Part shown: piece after piece, positions 30,025 to 39,590 of the stretch
How the letters are laid out: each line of letters starts with the position of its first letter
Position numbering within the stretch: position 1 is the first letter of the stretch
Source of the DNA: an uncultured Phycisphaerales bacterium
GTDB lineage: Bacteria > Planctomycetota > Phycisphaerae > Sedimentisphaerales > Anaerobacaceae
Assembly: GCA_963718665.1 (NCBI GenBank)
Contig: OY970359.1
Span: 1,536,001-1,600,000 of the forward strand
Length of the DNA: 64,000 nucleotides
Direction: 5' to 3'
Notes under the pieces: generated by a model
The model's input: only the letters and a program-made list of their open reading frames with translations
Told to the model about the DNA's origin: nothing
Database searches by the model: none
Translations under genes and position numbers: made by a program

Positions 30025-32344
30025 CTTAAAAGATTATCAGCAAACAGCCGTTGACCAATTAGTCGATGCCGTAAAGGCGCTTTTGAGTAAGGATGGGACG
30101 CAGAAGGTGTGCGTCTTTCAGGCGCCTACGGGAAGTGGGAAAACCTTGATGACTGCGAAGTTTATCGAGGAAATCATAAAAGAATTGCCAGATGAAGACC
30201 TCTGCTTTGTTTGGGTTACTATAGGAAAAGGCAACCTGCATTTGCAAAGTAAGCACGCCCTCGAAAAAATATATACCGGTGCCCCGAGAGTATCACTGGT
30301 CGAGCAAGAATTCACAGGTGGTCGCGAGCGTATCGTCAGAAACGAAATCGTCGTTGTTAATTGGGAAAAACTGCGTACCAAAGACCGGGCATCAGGCGAT
30401 TGGAAGAATATCCTGATGAAAGATGGCGAAAAGATAAACTTCAGAGATGTTCTGACAAGAACACGTGAACAGAGAAAGGTCATTCTTATTATCGATGAAA
30501 GTCATATCGGAGCAACTGCTGAAAGGACAAATGAACTCCGAGACGAAATTGATGCCGATGTTATTTTAGAAATGAGCGCAACTCCAAAGATAGAGCCGAA
30601 CTTGATGGATTTTACAAGAGGCACGGCGAAGGGCGTTCTTGTTGAGCCAAAGGCTGTTATCGATGCTGGTATTATAAAGAAAGAACTAATCATCAATGAA
30701 AAGATTGACAAGATAGCCAAAGGTGAAAGCGATTCGCAGGAAGTTGTCTTGGAGTCGGCATACCAGAAACGCTTGGAGCTTAAGAAGCTTTTTGGAAAAC
30801 AAGTCTCAAATATCAATCCGCTTGTCCTTATTCAGATTCCCACCGCAGAAGCCGGGAAAGACAAAATTGAGGCCGTTAAGGCATTTCTGGCCCGTAAAAA
30901 CATCACCGAACAGAACAGAAAACTCGCTATTTGGCTTGCAGAACAAAAGTCAGAAACGCTCGACTGGATCGCAGAACCAGACAACGAGATTGAGTTTCTG
31001 ATTTTCAAACAGGCAATCGATACCGGCTGGGATTGTCCTCGTGCGCATATACTCGTTAAGTTCAGAGAGTCGCATAGCGAAACCTTTGAGATACAGACCG
31101 TTGGCAGAATATTGCGAATGCCGGAGTTGAAACATTATCCAGAAGAAGCATTGAATACCGGATATATCTATACAAACGTTCAAAGCATCATTGTCAAAAA
31201 AGAAGAATACAACCCGAACATAATTAAGCATCTTCGAGCTGCTCGCAAGGAATGTTATCGAGACATCAAACTGCCCTCATATTACAGGTCAAGAGTTGAT
31301 TACGGCGACATTACGTCGAGCTTCGACCCTGTCTTTGAACAAATCGCCTGCGACTACTTCGGCGTAACAAATACAGAGTTCTTTGAACAGAACAAAAAAG
31401 TAATCGAGAAAAAAGGTGTTGTTCTTGACCTTAAGAAATACCAACAGGAGATTATCCAGGATGCAAAGGTTGAAGCCGAATCTTTCGACGAATTAGAAGG
31501 CCTAATCGATTCCGAACAAAAAGCCCGCCTTACTATCGCCGGAAATGACCTCCAAGCATTGTTTGAACAAGTCATCAAAAACAATCTTGGTTCTTTCAGG
31601 AATATCAAACGGTCTGTGCCAAAGGTAAAAACTACCATTTACGTCTGGTTTCAAAAATATCTCGGCTCAAAGGACTGGCCCGAAGAAACAATGATGGTTC
31701 AAAAAATCTTCGTCCACAACGGTAATAGACCTGTCTTTGAGCGCATTTTGTCTAAAGCTATCGAGGAATATAGACCTCTCCGCGAAAAAGAAATCGAAAA
31801 GCGCAGCGAAGCGAGCGAGCAGTTCTATGATTTCGATATACCCACAGAAGCTTTCTATAATCAGCATACCGATGAATTAGTCCGGGTGAAGAAATATGTC
31901 TATGATCCTTGTTATTTAAGCATTGCCCGTACCAGTCCTGAGGTTGCTTTTGAGCAGTTTTTGGAAGACAAGACGAACAGCAAAAACATAATGTGGTGGT
32001 GGAAGAACGGCGAGAGCAAGAACGATTACTTCGGCATAAAGTATGAGTTCCCCAAAGGCATAATTCACACCTTCTACCCCGATTATTTAGTTCAGTTTGC
32101 TGATGGTAGAATAGGCATCTTTGAAACAAAAGACCAACGGGATCAAGACGGCAGCACTTTTACCAAAGCCAAAGCCGAAAGATTGCAGGCCTACATCAAG
32201 GAGCATAACAAAAAAGGCAGAATACTCTTTGGCGGTATTGCGATTCAGGTCAACCGTATCTGGCGAATAAATCAGAATCCGGTCTATGATTGGGACAAAT
32301 GCCTTCACAATGATTGGTCCGATTGGTCCGACCTGATAATATAA
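30014..32344 (+). CDS. res: Type III-like restriction subunit (SF2 helicase + C-terminal PD-(D/E)xK nuclease)
   Basis: APTGSGKT, IIDESH, MSATP, GWDCPRA, QTVGRILR and FYPDYLV...IFETK; overlaps mod. Confidence 0.88.
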   Translation: MNINLKDYQQTAVDQLVDAVKALLSKDGTQKVCVFQAPTGSGKTLMTAKFIEEIIKELPDEDLCFVWVTIGKGNLHLQSKHALEKIYTGAPRVSLVEQEFTGGRERIVRNEIVVVNWEKLRTKDRASGDWKNILMKDGEKINFRDVLTRTREQRKVILIIDESHIGATAERTNELRDEIDADVILEMSATPKIEPNLMDFTRGTAKGVLVEPKAVIDAGIIKKELIINEKIDKIAKGESDSQEVVLESAYQKRLELKKLFGKQVSNINPLVLIQIPTAEAGKDKIEAVKAFLARKNITEQNRKLAIWLAEQKSETLDWIAEPDNEIEFLIFKQAIDTGWDCPRAHILVKFRESHSETFEIQTVGRILRMPELKHYPEEALNTGYIYTNVQSIIVKKEEYNPNIIKHLRAARKECYRDIKLPSYYRSRVDYGDITSSFDPVFEQIACDYFGVTNTEFFEQNKKVIEKKGVVLDLKKYQQEIIQDAKVEAESFDELEGLIDSEQKARLTIAGNDLQALFEQVIKNNLGSFRNIKRSVPKVKTTIYVWFQKYLGSKDWPEETMMVQKIFVHNGNRPVFERILSKAIEEYRPLREKEIEKRSEASEQFYDFDIPTEAFYNQHTDELVRVKKYVYDPCYLSIARTSPEVAFEQFLEDKTNSKNIMWWWKNGESKNDYFGIKYEFPKGIIHTFYPDYLVQFADGRIGIFETKDQRDQDGSTFTKAKAERLQAYIKEHNKKGRILFGGIAIQVNRIWRINQNPVYDWDKCLHNDWSDWSDLII

Positions 32345-32536
32345 AAATTAATCAAAACTCCCAATCCCTAAAATAAGTCCCGATTTTTTTGAAACATCCG
32401 CATCCCCAAATCGACATTCGGCAATCGACAATAAAAACTTCCCCAAACCCCGTCTTTCGTCAATAATCGCTTTTCCCTGCCTCCCGCCGTTTGGCGTCCC
32501 TCACGGGAGGCGGTATCCTAAATTACGATATACTAA

Positions 32537-32585
32537 ACTAACGACTAAATACTAACAACTATCGACTAAACACCAACGACTAACG
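32537..32585 (+). repeat. Heptamer tandem array (ACTAACG-like)x7
   Basis: actaacg actaaat actaaca actatcg actaaac accaacg actaacg; same family and orientation as 27821-27890. Confidence 0.88.
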
Positions 32586-32603
32586 ACGAGTTAAATCCGT
32601 GTG

Positions 32604-32875
32604 TTTTGCTCGGCTTATACAAAGAAGCCCGTTTTTTCGGGTTTCTGCGGACAAGGCAAAAGGGTATCGCAGATGCTCGTATCGAGAATACTCTTAGCCG
32701 CAGAACGTTTACCCGCCGTGCTCTTTGGCGGGCCAAGCCGAGCAAAAGCAGTGTTAATCAGTGTCTAAGCAGTCAGCTTTATAAAAGGGCGATTAGCCCT
32801 TGTGGATGAAGGCGGGTGGCAAGCACACAAACAACGTTTGGAGCATTGCCTCCGCCAAAAACACAAAGCTGACTG
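32604..32875. repeat. Two adjacent elements each closed by a perfect terminal inverted repeat (MITE-like or structured RNA)
   Basis: ttttgctcggctt 32604-32616 / aagccgagcaaaa 32735-32747; cagtcagcttt 32770-32780 / aaagctgactg 32865-32875. Confidence 0.7.
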
Positions 32876-32877
32876 TC

Positions 32878-33043
32878 CTCTGTGCTCTCTGTGTCCTCGG
32901 TGGCTAAAAAACCGTGAAACCTGTGTAATCTGTGGCTAACAAAAAAACAGCGTTATTTTGCGTTAATCAGCGTCTGAAAAAAAACTCTGCGGTCTCTGCG
33001 TTCTCCGCGGTAAAAAAACAGTGAAATCTGTGTAATCCGTGGT
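32878..33043. repeat. Cluster of nonamer repeats (CTCTGYGNN and ATCYGTGNA families)
   Basis: ctctgtgct ctctgtgtc ctcggtggc; acctgtgta atctgtggc; ctctgcggt ctctgcgtt ctccgcggt; atctgtgta atccgtggt. Confidence 0.85.
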
Positions 33044-33167
33044 TATGAATTCCTTTGAATTTCGCATAAGAGGGCGTTATACTACCAACTTTTGAACGGT
33101 TGGCCCCTTGGGGGGTTTTTCCCGAATAAGCAGCAATGAACATATATAACGGAATAAGGAGAACAGT

Positions 33168-34112
33168 ATGCCATTGGTAACGACGAAAAAGATGTTTGAG
33201 ATGGCCTATAAACACGGCTACGCCGTCGGGGCGTTCAACGTCAACAACATGGAAATCACGCAGGGTATCATCGAGGCGGTAGCCGAAGAGAAGGCACCGC
33301 TGATTCTGCAGGTGTCAAAAGGCGCCCGCGAATACGCCAGCAACAGCTATCTTACCGCGATAATGAATGTGGCGGTGAAGGAAAACCCCGATATTCCAAT
33401 CGCGACGCACCTTGACCACGGCGACAACTTCGAGACGTGCAAGCAGTTCGTCGATGACGGGTTTACATCGGTGATGATAGACGCATCGAAATACCCCTTC
33501 GAAGAGAACATCAGGATGACCAAGGAAGTAGTTGAATATGCCCACAAACACGGGGTAGTGGTGGAGGCGGAACTTGGGCAGCTTGGCGGTATCGAAGAAC
33601 ATGTCGTTGGCGTGGATGACGTCGAAAAGCACCTGACAGACCCCAAGCAGGCGGTCGAATTCGTCGGAAAGACAGGCGTTGACTCATTAGCCGTAGCGGT
33701 AGGAACCAGCCACGGGGCATATAAGTTCAAAAGTGTGCCGAAGCTGGCGATTGGCCGTATAAAAGAAATACAGAGATTAATACCGGGTTTCCCGCTGGTG
33801 ATGCACGGGTCGAGCACCGTTTTGAAGGAATTTGTTGACCTGATTAACAAATACGGCGGCAAGATGCCGAACGCAATGGGCGTGCCTGAAGCAGCAATAA
33901 CCGAGGCCTCTAAACTTGCCGTCTGTAAAGTGAATATCGATACGGATTTAAGAATGGCGATGACGGCGAAGATTCGTCAGGTGTTCGCGGAGAAGCCAAG
34001 CGAGTTTGACCCGAGGAAGTATTTGGGGCCGGCCAGGGACGCTATAAAGGCGATGGTAAAGCACAAACTGCACGTTCTGGGATGCGCTGGCAAGGCGGCA
34101 GAGTGCCTGTAA
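33168..34112 (+). CDS. fba: Class II fructose-1,6-bisphosphate aldolase
   Basis: GAFNVNN, HLDHG, SVMIDAS, EAELG, GTSHGAYK, VMHGSS and KVNIDTD. Confidence 0.96.
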   Translation: MPLVTTKKMFEMAYKHGYAVGAFNVNNMEITQGIIEAVAEEKAPLILQVSKGAREYASNSYLTAIMNVAVKENPDIPIATHLDHGDNFETCKQFVDDGFTSVMIDASKYPFEENIRMTKEVVEYAHKHGVVVEAELGQLGGIEEHVVGVDDVEKHLTDPKQAVEFVGKTGVDSLAVAVGTSHGAYKFKSVPKLAIGRIKEIQRLIPGFPLVMHGSSTVLKEFVDLINKYGGKMPNAMGVPEAAITEASKLAVCKVNIDTDLRMAMTAKIRQVFAEKPSEFDPRKYLGPARDAIKAMVKHKLHVLGCAGKAAECL

Positions 34113-34350
34113 AGTATTTTCGATTTACGCTTTGCGAATGGGTCCCCTGTTGCGGAACCAAACCCCTGCCTACGACTTGCAGGGGCAAGGAAGCTGTTTG
34201 GCGGGGATGACGCAAGGCGTCAATTTATGATTGACGGTGCGGGCTCTGCGCTCCGCTACGTGTGCGATTGATGATTGATTATTAAAATGGGTGTCTGTTG
34301 ATTTTAAGGCGTAGGTCAGGACGCCCATTTAGCTATTGAAAGAATAAATA

Positions 34351-36744
34351 ATGCGGATGAATCGCGGGTTTTGGATAAGGTCGCGGGTTTTATGGCCCGT
34401 GATGATGATTGGGTTTTGCGCTGCGGCGATATGCCTGTGGGCTGCGCCGCACGGAATCGAGATAAACCGTCCGGCGGAAGTTGCTGACCCGTGCGTAATT
34501 GCATCTCCGCCGGCTGATTTCAACAGCGAGCGAGGGGTTGTCGACCAGGTAAGCGGGCTAATCGAGGAGGGTAAGTTCGACGAGGCGGGCAGGTGCATAA
34601 ATGAATCCGGCTGGTTAAAAAAGGGGTCAAAACAGGTCTCGGATTTGAATGATATAGTGGCACAGTGGCAGCAGATGCAGAAGGGCAGGCAGGCGCAGAA
34701 AGAGGCGGCGTATAAGGAGGAATTAGCAAAGTTTGAGCGGCTGATTTCGCCCCGCGGCGTCGGGAAGAAAGGCACTGACGGCAATGATGTAAATGACTCG
34801 AATGAGCCGAATGGGCCGACTGCGGTACTTGCGGCAGCAGTTCGGACGATGGAGTTCGCGGACGAAAACCAGAAGCAGAGGTTGTTGAATGAGCCGTGTT
34901 TGCTGGACGCGATTGTAAAGGCCAAAGCGGACGCTACGGGATATGAGCGGAAGGGCAAGTGGCTTGACGCGTATGTAACATGTTATAGCTGGCTTACCGC
35001 TCTTGAGCCGAACAACAAGGCATATTCGGATTACACGGAGCAATTGATAACCAAGGCGGAGATAGCCGGTTCGTTCCAGGACAGTCCCTGCGAGACGGGC
35101 AAGCAGCGGCTGGAGGGCGTAAAGAGGCGGATATTTGTGCGTGCGGTTGACGAGCTGAGTTTCCGTTACATAAGCAAGATCGACTACCGTGAAATGGCGT
35201 CTAAAGGGGTTCGGCGATGCAAATTGCTTGCGGATGTGGTAGGGACACTGACCTCGTTGCGGGATACGAACACAGCCGGGACAGCATCGGCTGCCCCGTC
35301 CGGAACACTAATCCCCGACACTGAAGGCGACACCGATATTATTGAAGAGCGCAAAGCCGAGCCGAATAACCGGATGGCGGCGCTGGGAGAGAGTTTCAAG
35401 GATTTTAAGCCCGATACCAACGCGATAGCGGCGTTTGGTTTGGCGATGGTTTCGCTGGAAAATGAAATAAACAGCTGGCCCGAGGATGGGAGCAAAGACA
35501 GCTTTATATCGTCATTCGAGAAGGTTTTGGAGCTAAACCTGACGACCGCCGGGATGCCCGAGGGGGTTGTAATCGCTCAGTTTTCAGAGGCGTCATTTTT
35601 GACGCTTGATCCTTATACGGTCCTGGTCTGGCCGAGAGACGTTTCGGAATTTGAACAGCAGATGACGAATGAATTTCCCGGGATAGGCGTAGAAATATCG
35701 AGGCAAAACGGACAGCTTACGATTGGGAGTTTGCTGCCTGATACCCCCGCGTATAGCTCGGGGCTTGACGTTGGAGACGTTATAGAAAAGATTGACGGGA
35801 TGCCTACGAAGGATGTGCCGCTTTCGTGCGTGGTCAGTCGTATAAAAGGGCCGGCGGGGACTAAAGTAACACTGACGATTCGCCGCAACGGCAAAGACAA
35901 GACGCGTGATATAACACTGACTCGCGCCAAGATTGTGGTTCCTACGCTTATGGGGTTGCAGAGGACCGGCGAAGGCAAATGGCTGCGGATGATTGATGAG
36001 CAGAACAAGATAGGGTACATTCGACTGACGAGTTTTGCGGAAACGACGGCCAGCGATACTGAAGCGGCGTTGAAGTCGCTGGAGTCGGCCGGTATGCGGG
36101 GATTGATACTGGATTTACGGTTCAATCCGGGTGGATATTTCGACAGCGCCGTTGCGGTGGCTGATGAATTTCTGGATGACGGTTTGATAGTGATAACGCG
36201 GTCGCGGTTCGGGACGCCGGATTACAAGACGGCTCGCAGCAGGGGGACGCATCCGAATTACCCGATGGTGGTGCTGATAAACGCCGGCTCGGCGAGCGCG
36301 TCGGAGATAGTCGCGGGCGCTCTTGCGGACCCGTCGCACAAGCGGGCGACACTGGTCGGAGAACGGACGCATGGCAAAGGTGTTGTGCAGGGGATATCGA
36401 CATATCCGGGCGAGGGCTCGCAGTTGAAATACACGATGGCAAACTGGTATCTGCCTTCGGGTCAGAAGATAAAAAGCCAGGAAGAGGCGAAAAAAGAGAA
36501 TAAGAGCGACTGGGGCGTTGGGCCGGATGTCGCGGTGTCGCTGCGAAGTGATGAGTTTCGCAAGATGTTCGAGCTGCAGCGAGACAACGACGTGCTTGTG
36601 AACGCGGGGCACGACGACGCCAATTCGCCTTTGAAGAAACACACAATTTCACAGACCGTCGAGGTTGACCCGCAGTTAACGACAGCGATACTGGTGGTCA
36701 AGAGCAAGCTTATAAGAGAACAGGCAGACGCAAATAAAAAGTAA
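34351..36744 (+). CDS. S41 family C-terminal processing protease with a PDZ domain
   Basis: LDPYT, GIGVEI (PDZ), ILDLRFNPGG, SASASEIVAGAL and THGKGVVQ. Confidence 0.92.
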   Translation: MRMNRGFWIRSRVLWPVMMIGFCAAAICLWAAPHGIEINRPAEVADPCVIASPPADFNSERGVVDQVSGLIEEGKFDEAGRCINESGWLKKGSKQVSDLNDIVAQWQQMQKGRQAQKEAAYKEELAKFERLISPRGVGKKGTDGNDVNDSNEPNGPTAVLAAAVRTMEFADENQKQRLLNEPCLLDAIVKAKADATGYERKGKWLDAYVTCYSWLTALEPNNKAYSDYTEQLITKAEIAGSFQDSPCETGKQRLEGVKRRIFVRAVDELSFRYISKIDYREMASKGVRRCKLLADVVGTLTSLRDTNTAGTASAAPSGTLIPDTEGDTDIIEERKAEPNNRMAALGESFKDFKPDTNAIAAFGLAMVSLENEINSWPEDGSKDSFISSFEKVLELNLTTAGMPEGVVIAQFSEASFLTLDPYTVLVWPRDVSEFEQQMTNEFPGIGVEISRQNGQLTIGSLLPDTPAYSSGLDVGDVIEKIDGMPTKDVPLSCVVSRIKGPAGTKVTLTIRRNGKDKTRDITLTRAKIVVPTLMGLQRTGEGKWLRMIDEQNKIGYIRLTSFAETTASDTEAALKSLESAGMRGLILDLRFNPGGYFDSAVAVADEFLDDGLIVITRSRFGTPDYKTARSRGTHPNYPMVVLINAGSASASEIVAGALADPSHKRATLVGERTHGKGVVQGISTYPGEGSQLKYTMANWYLPSGQKIKSQEEAKKENKSDWGVGPDVAVSLRSDEFRKMFELQRDNDVLVNAGHDDANSPLKKHTISQTVEVDPQLTTAILVVKSKLIREQADANKK

Positions 36745-36823
36745 TAAGCAAAAAGGAAAAAGTAAAAAGCGGAAGACCCTGCTTCGCTAAAGCTACGCCG
36801 GGCAGGCAGAAGACGGAAGAAAC

Positions 36824-38296
36824 ATGGAAAATCGAGTATCGAATATTGAACAGGCCCGAGAGGGAAAGTTACGCGCGATAAGAGAAATGGGTATTGACCC
36901 ATACGGCGGCAGGTACGATTGCGCAGAGCCGGCGGCGGATACCAAGGCGCGATATAAAGACCAGAAGACAGAAGACGGAGGACAGAAGACAGAGGACGAA
37001 CAACAAAGGGCGAGGTGTGCAGGCAGAATAGTGCTGTTAAGAGATATCGGGAAACTCATATTTATTACATTGAGGGACAGCTCAGGCCCAATACAGGTTG
37101 GTTTGAGCAAAAGCTTGCTGGATTCGAAGTGGAGCTTTGTGAAGCTGCTTGAGCTTGGGGACATTATCGGGGCGTCGGGCGGCCTGGGCAAGACGAAGAC
37201 GGGCGAGATAACGATATGGGCGGACGAGGTTGTGCTGCTGAGCAAGTCGCTGATGCAGCCGCCGGAGAAGTGGCACGGTCTTGCGGACATAGATTTGCGA
37301 TACAGGCAGCGATACGTTGACCTGTGGGCGAACCCTGATGTGATGGAGCTGTTCAGGAAGCGAATCGCGATATTGCGGACGGTGAGGGAGTATTTGACGG
37401 GCCGCGGGTTTATGGAAGTCGAGACGCCGATGATGCAGACGATAGCGGGCGGCGCGGCGGCGAAGCCATTTATAACGCATCATAATTCGCTTGATATGGA
37501 TTTATACTTGAGGATTGCGCCGGAGCTGTTTTTGAAACGGCTGCTTGTGGGCGGGATGGAGAAGGTTTTCGAGATAAACCGCAACTTCCGCAACGAGGGG
37601 CTGAGCACGAGGCATAACCCGGAATTTACGATGCTGGAATTGTACCAGGCGTACGCCGACTACAATATTATGATGGATTTGACGGAAGAACTGATTTGTC
37701 TTCTGGTGGAGAAATACTGCAAAGACAACAAGACGATGTTCGGCGAAAAGAGCGTTGATTTTGCGCGGCCGTGGAAGCGGGCGAAATACGCGGAGCTTTT
37801 GAAGGAATACGCCGGATGCGATATTGCGGATATCGGCGGTATTCGCAAAAAGGCGGAGTTGTTGAAGATTGACCATAAGAATATGGACGACGCGGTGGTA
37901 ATCAACGAGGTTTTCGAGCAGACGGTTGAGGAGCATTTGACCAACCCGACGTTTGTGATTGATTACCCGGCGGCGCTGTGTCCCCTGACGAAGCGGAAGA
38001 AAGGGCAGCCCGAGGTTGCGGAGCGATTCGAGATGTATATTGCGGGGATGGAATTGGCCAACGCCTATACGGAGCTGAACGACCCGGCGGTGCAGGAGGA
38101 AAATTTCCGGCAGCAGCTTCGGGGACAAAAAGAGACGATGGCGACGATGGACCATGATTTTGTGACTGCGTTGAGGTACGGGATGCCGCCCGCCGGCGGT
38201 CTGGGAATCGGTATAGACCGGCTTGTAATGATATTGACCGGCGCGACGAGCATCAGGGACGTTGTGCTGTTTCCCCTTTTAAAGCCGACAAAATAG
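36824..38296 (+). CDS. lysS: Lysine--tRNA ligase (class II)
   Basis: YRQRYVDL, EVETP, LRIAPELFLK, FRNEG..RHNPEFT and YGMPPAGGLGIGIDRL. Confidence 0.97.
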   Translation: MENRVSNIEQAREGKLRAIREMGIDPYGGRYDCAEPAADTKARYKDQKTEDGGQKTEDEQQRARCAGRIVLLRDIGKLIFITLRDSSGPIQVGLSKSLLDSKWSFVKLLELGDIIGASGGLGKTKTGEITIWADEVVLLSKSLMQPPEKWHGLADIDLRYRQRYVDLWANPDVMELFRKRIAILRTVREYLTGRGFMEVETPMMQTIAGGAAAKPFITHHNSLDMDLYLRIAPELFLKRLLVGGMEKVFEINRNFRNEGLSTRHNPEFTMLELYQAYADYNIMMDLTEELICLLVEKYCKDNKTMFGEKSVDFARPWKRAKYAELLKEYAGCDIADIGGIRKKAELLKIDHKNMDDAVVINEVFEQTVEEHLTNPTFVIDYPAALCPLTKRKKGQPEVAERFEMYIAGMELANAYTELNDPAVQEENFRQQLRGQKETMATMDHDFVTALRYGMPPAGGLGIGIDRLVMILTGATSIRDVVLFPLLKPTK

Positions 38297-38303
38297 TGAA
38301 CTC

Positions 38304-38330
38304 ACCGCAGAGACCGCTGAGCACGCAGAG
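38304..38330 (+). repeat. Nonamer triplet
   Basis: accgcagag accgctgag cacgcagag. Confidence 0.85.
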
Positions 38331-38367
38331 AATAAAGTAGTAAGAGTCAAAAGCGGGAGGTGCCGAC

Positions 38368-39198
38368 ATGTCAAAATTGTTGGTGATTGACAAAAGTGTT
38401 TTTCATAAAAGTGTTCTTCATAAAGATTTCGCGGAGCAAATCTTTGAGTTTGTCCAAAACCATAAAGTTGTTTTTCCTCATGCCTTGATCGCTGAATGCT
38501 TGATGAGCGAAAATAAGTCGGTAGATTTACTCCGAAGATTTGTTGAATGCGTTAAGTGCGGTGGAGTAATAGGATGGGGTTCGCCGAGTATTTTTCAGCA
38601 TGAAAAACAATCGCATAATCCTACGGTTAGCATCATTAATGAACATGAAACCCAGAAGGCGAGGGAAAGTAATTTGTGTACAGACGAGGGACTTTTAAAA
38701 AGTGAGGCCCGGTTATGCCAACAGCATTATAAACCTCATATTGATTGGTTGCGCAAAATTTCTAAGGCATTCTTCAGTAACGTTAAGACAAAGAAATTAA
38801 TACAAAGATTCATCGGAGAATCTCCTAATAATTGCCAGTTGAGGCGTCTTAAAGATTATGTTGACGCAGTGGATACGTCAAAGTCGAAATTCCTTAGTCA
38901 TTTCGTACCCTATTTGAGTCAGCATACTGAGTTGGATTGGTTTACATGGCACTTGATAAGACTTCATTTTGCTTGGGGTTTGGAGTGGACTTGCAAAAGA
39001 GTGGCAAGCGGGGTGTCATTTGAACGGTTTGACATTTCAAACGATTTTTGGGATATAGAGTATGTCGTATCTTTGTCTCGTGCTGATGGGCTGTTGTCGG
39101 CTGACAGTAGATTGGTCAGACCGTTGGCCAAATCTGCTTATCCTGAAAAAGATGTATTTTCCTGTCTTGAGGAGGTGACGGAAGATTATCGGTGCTAA
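38368..39198 (+). CDS. Hypothetical protein, possible divergent PIN-like nuclease
   Basis: 276 aa, AT-rich; N-terminal LLVIDKSVF, a central E, and C-terminal NDFWD...GLLSAD resemble PIN acidic motifs. Confidence 0.6.
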   Translation: MSKLLVIDKSVFHKSVLHKDFAEQIFEFVQNHKVVFPHALIAECLMSENKSVDLLRRFVECVKCGGVIGWGSPSIFQHEKQSHNPTVSIINEHETQKARESNLCTDEGLLKSEARLCQQHYKPHIDWLRKISKAFFSNVKTKKLIQRFIGESPNNCQLRRLKDYVDAVDTSKSKFLSHFVPYLSQHTELDWFTWHLIRLHFAWGLEWTCKRVASGVSFERFDISNDFWDIEYVVSLSRADGLLSADSRLVRPLAKSAYPEKDVFSCLEEVTEDYRC

Positions 39199-39217
39199 AG
39201 GCGGATTTTTTTAATTT

Positions 39218-39244
39218 CTCTGTGGTCTCTGTGTGCTCTGTGGC
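39218..39244 (-). repeat. Nonamer triplet, inverted relative to 38304-38330
   Basis: ctctgtggt ctctgtgtg ctctgtggc. Confidence 0.85.
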
Positions 39245-39269
39245 TTAAAATAATCTCTGTGGCGGAAAA

Positions 39270-39590
39270 ATGGTAGCGATTAATGAGATAGAACTGTTTG
39301 GTAGGCGGATCGGCGAGGAGTTTGGGGCCGAGAAGGTGATTTTGTTTGGCTCATACGCACAGGGCACGGCCAAACAGGATTCGGATGTTGACCTGCTTAT
39401 AGTCGCTTCATTTGAGGGCAGAAGCGTAGATAAGTCGGTTGAAATCCGGCTCAAACTTCGACCATCGTTTCCCGTTGACCTGCTTGTTCGCACGCCCGAA
39501 AAGATACGTCAGCGTTTAGAGATTGGCGACCAGTTCATAAAAGACATTCTCAAGTGTGGGAAGGTTCTCTATGAAGCCGACAACCTCTGA
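39270..39590 (+). CDS. Minimal nucleotidyltransferase (MNT) antitoxin-like protein
   Basis: ILFGSYAQG....DSDVDLLI motif; 106 aa. Confidence 0.9.
   Translation: MVAINEIELFGRRIGEEFGAEKVILFGSYAQGTAKQDSDVDLLIVASFEGRSVDKSVEIRLKLRPSFPVDLLVRTPEKIRQRLEIGDQFIKDILKCGKVLYEADNL

Noticed and set aside
32606..32809. 67-aa ORF in the fold-back region
   Set aside because: It is the translation of palindromic and nonamer repeats, with no RBS or domain signal.
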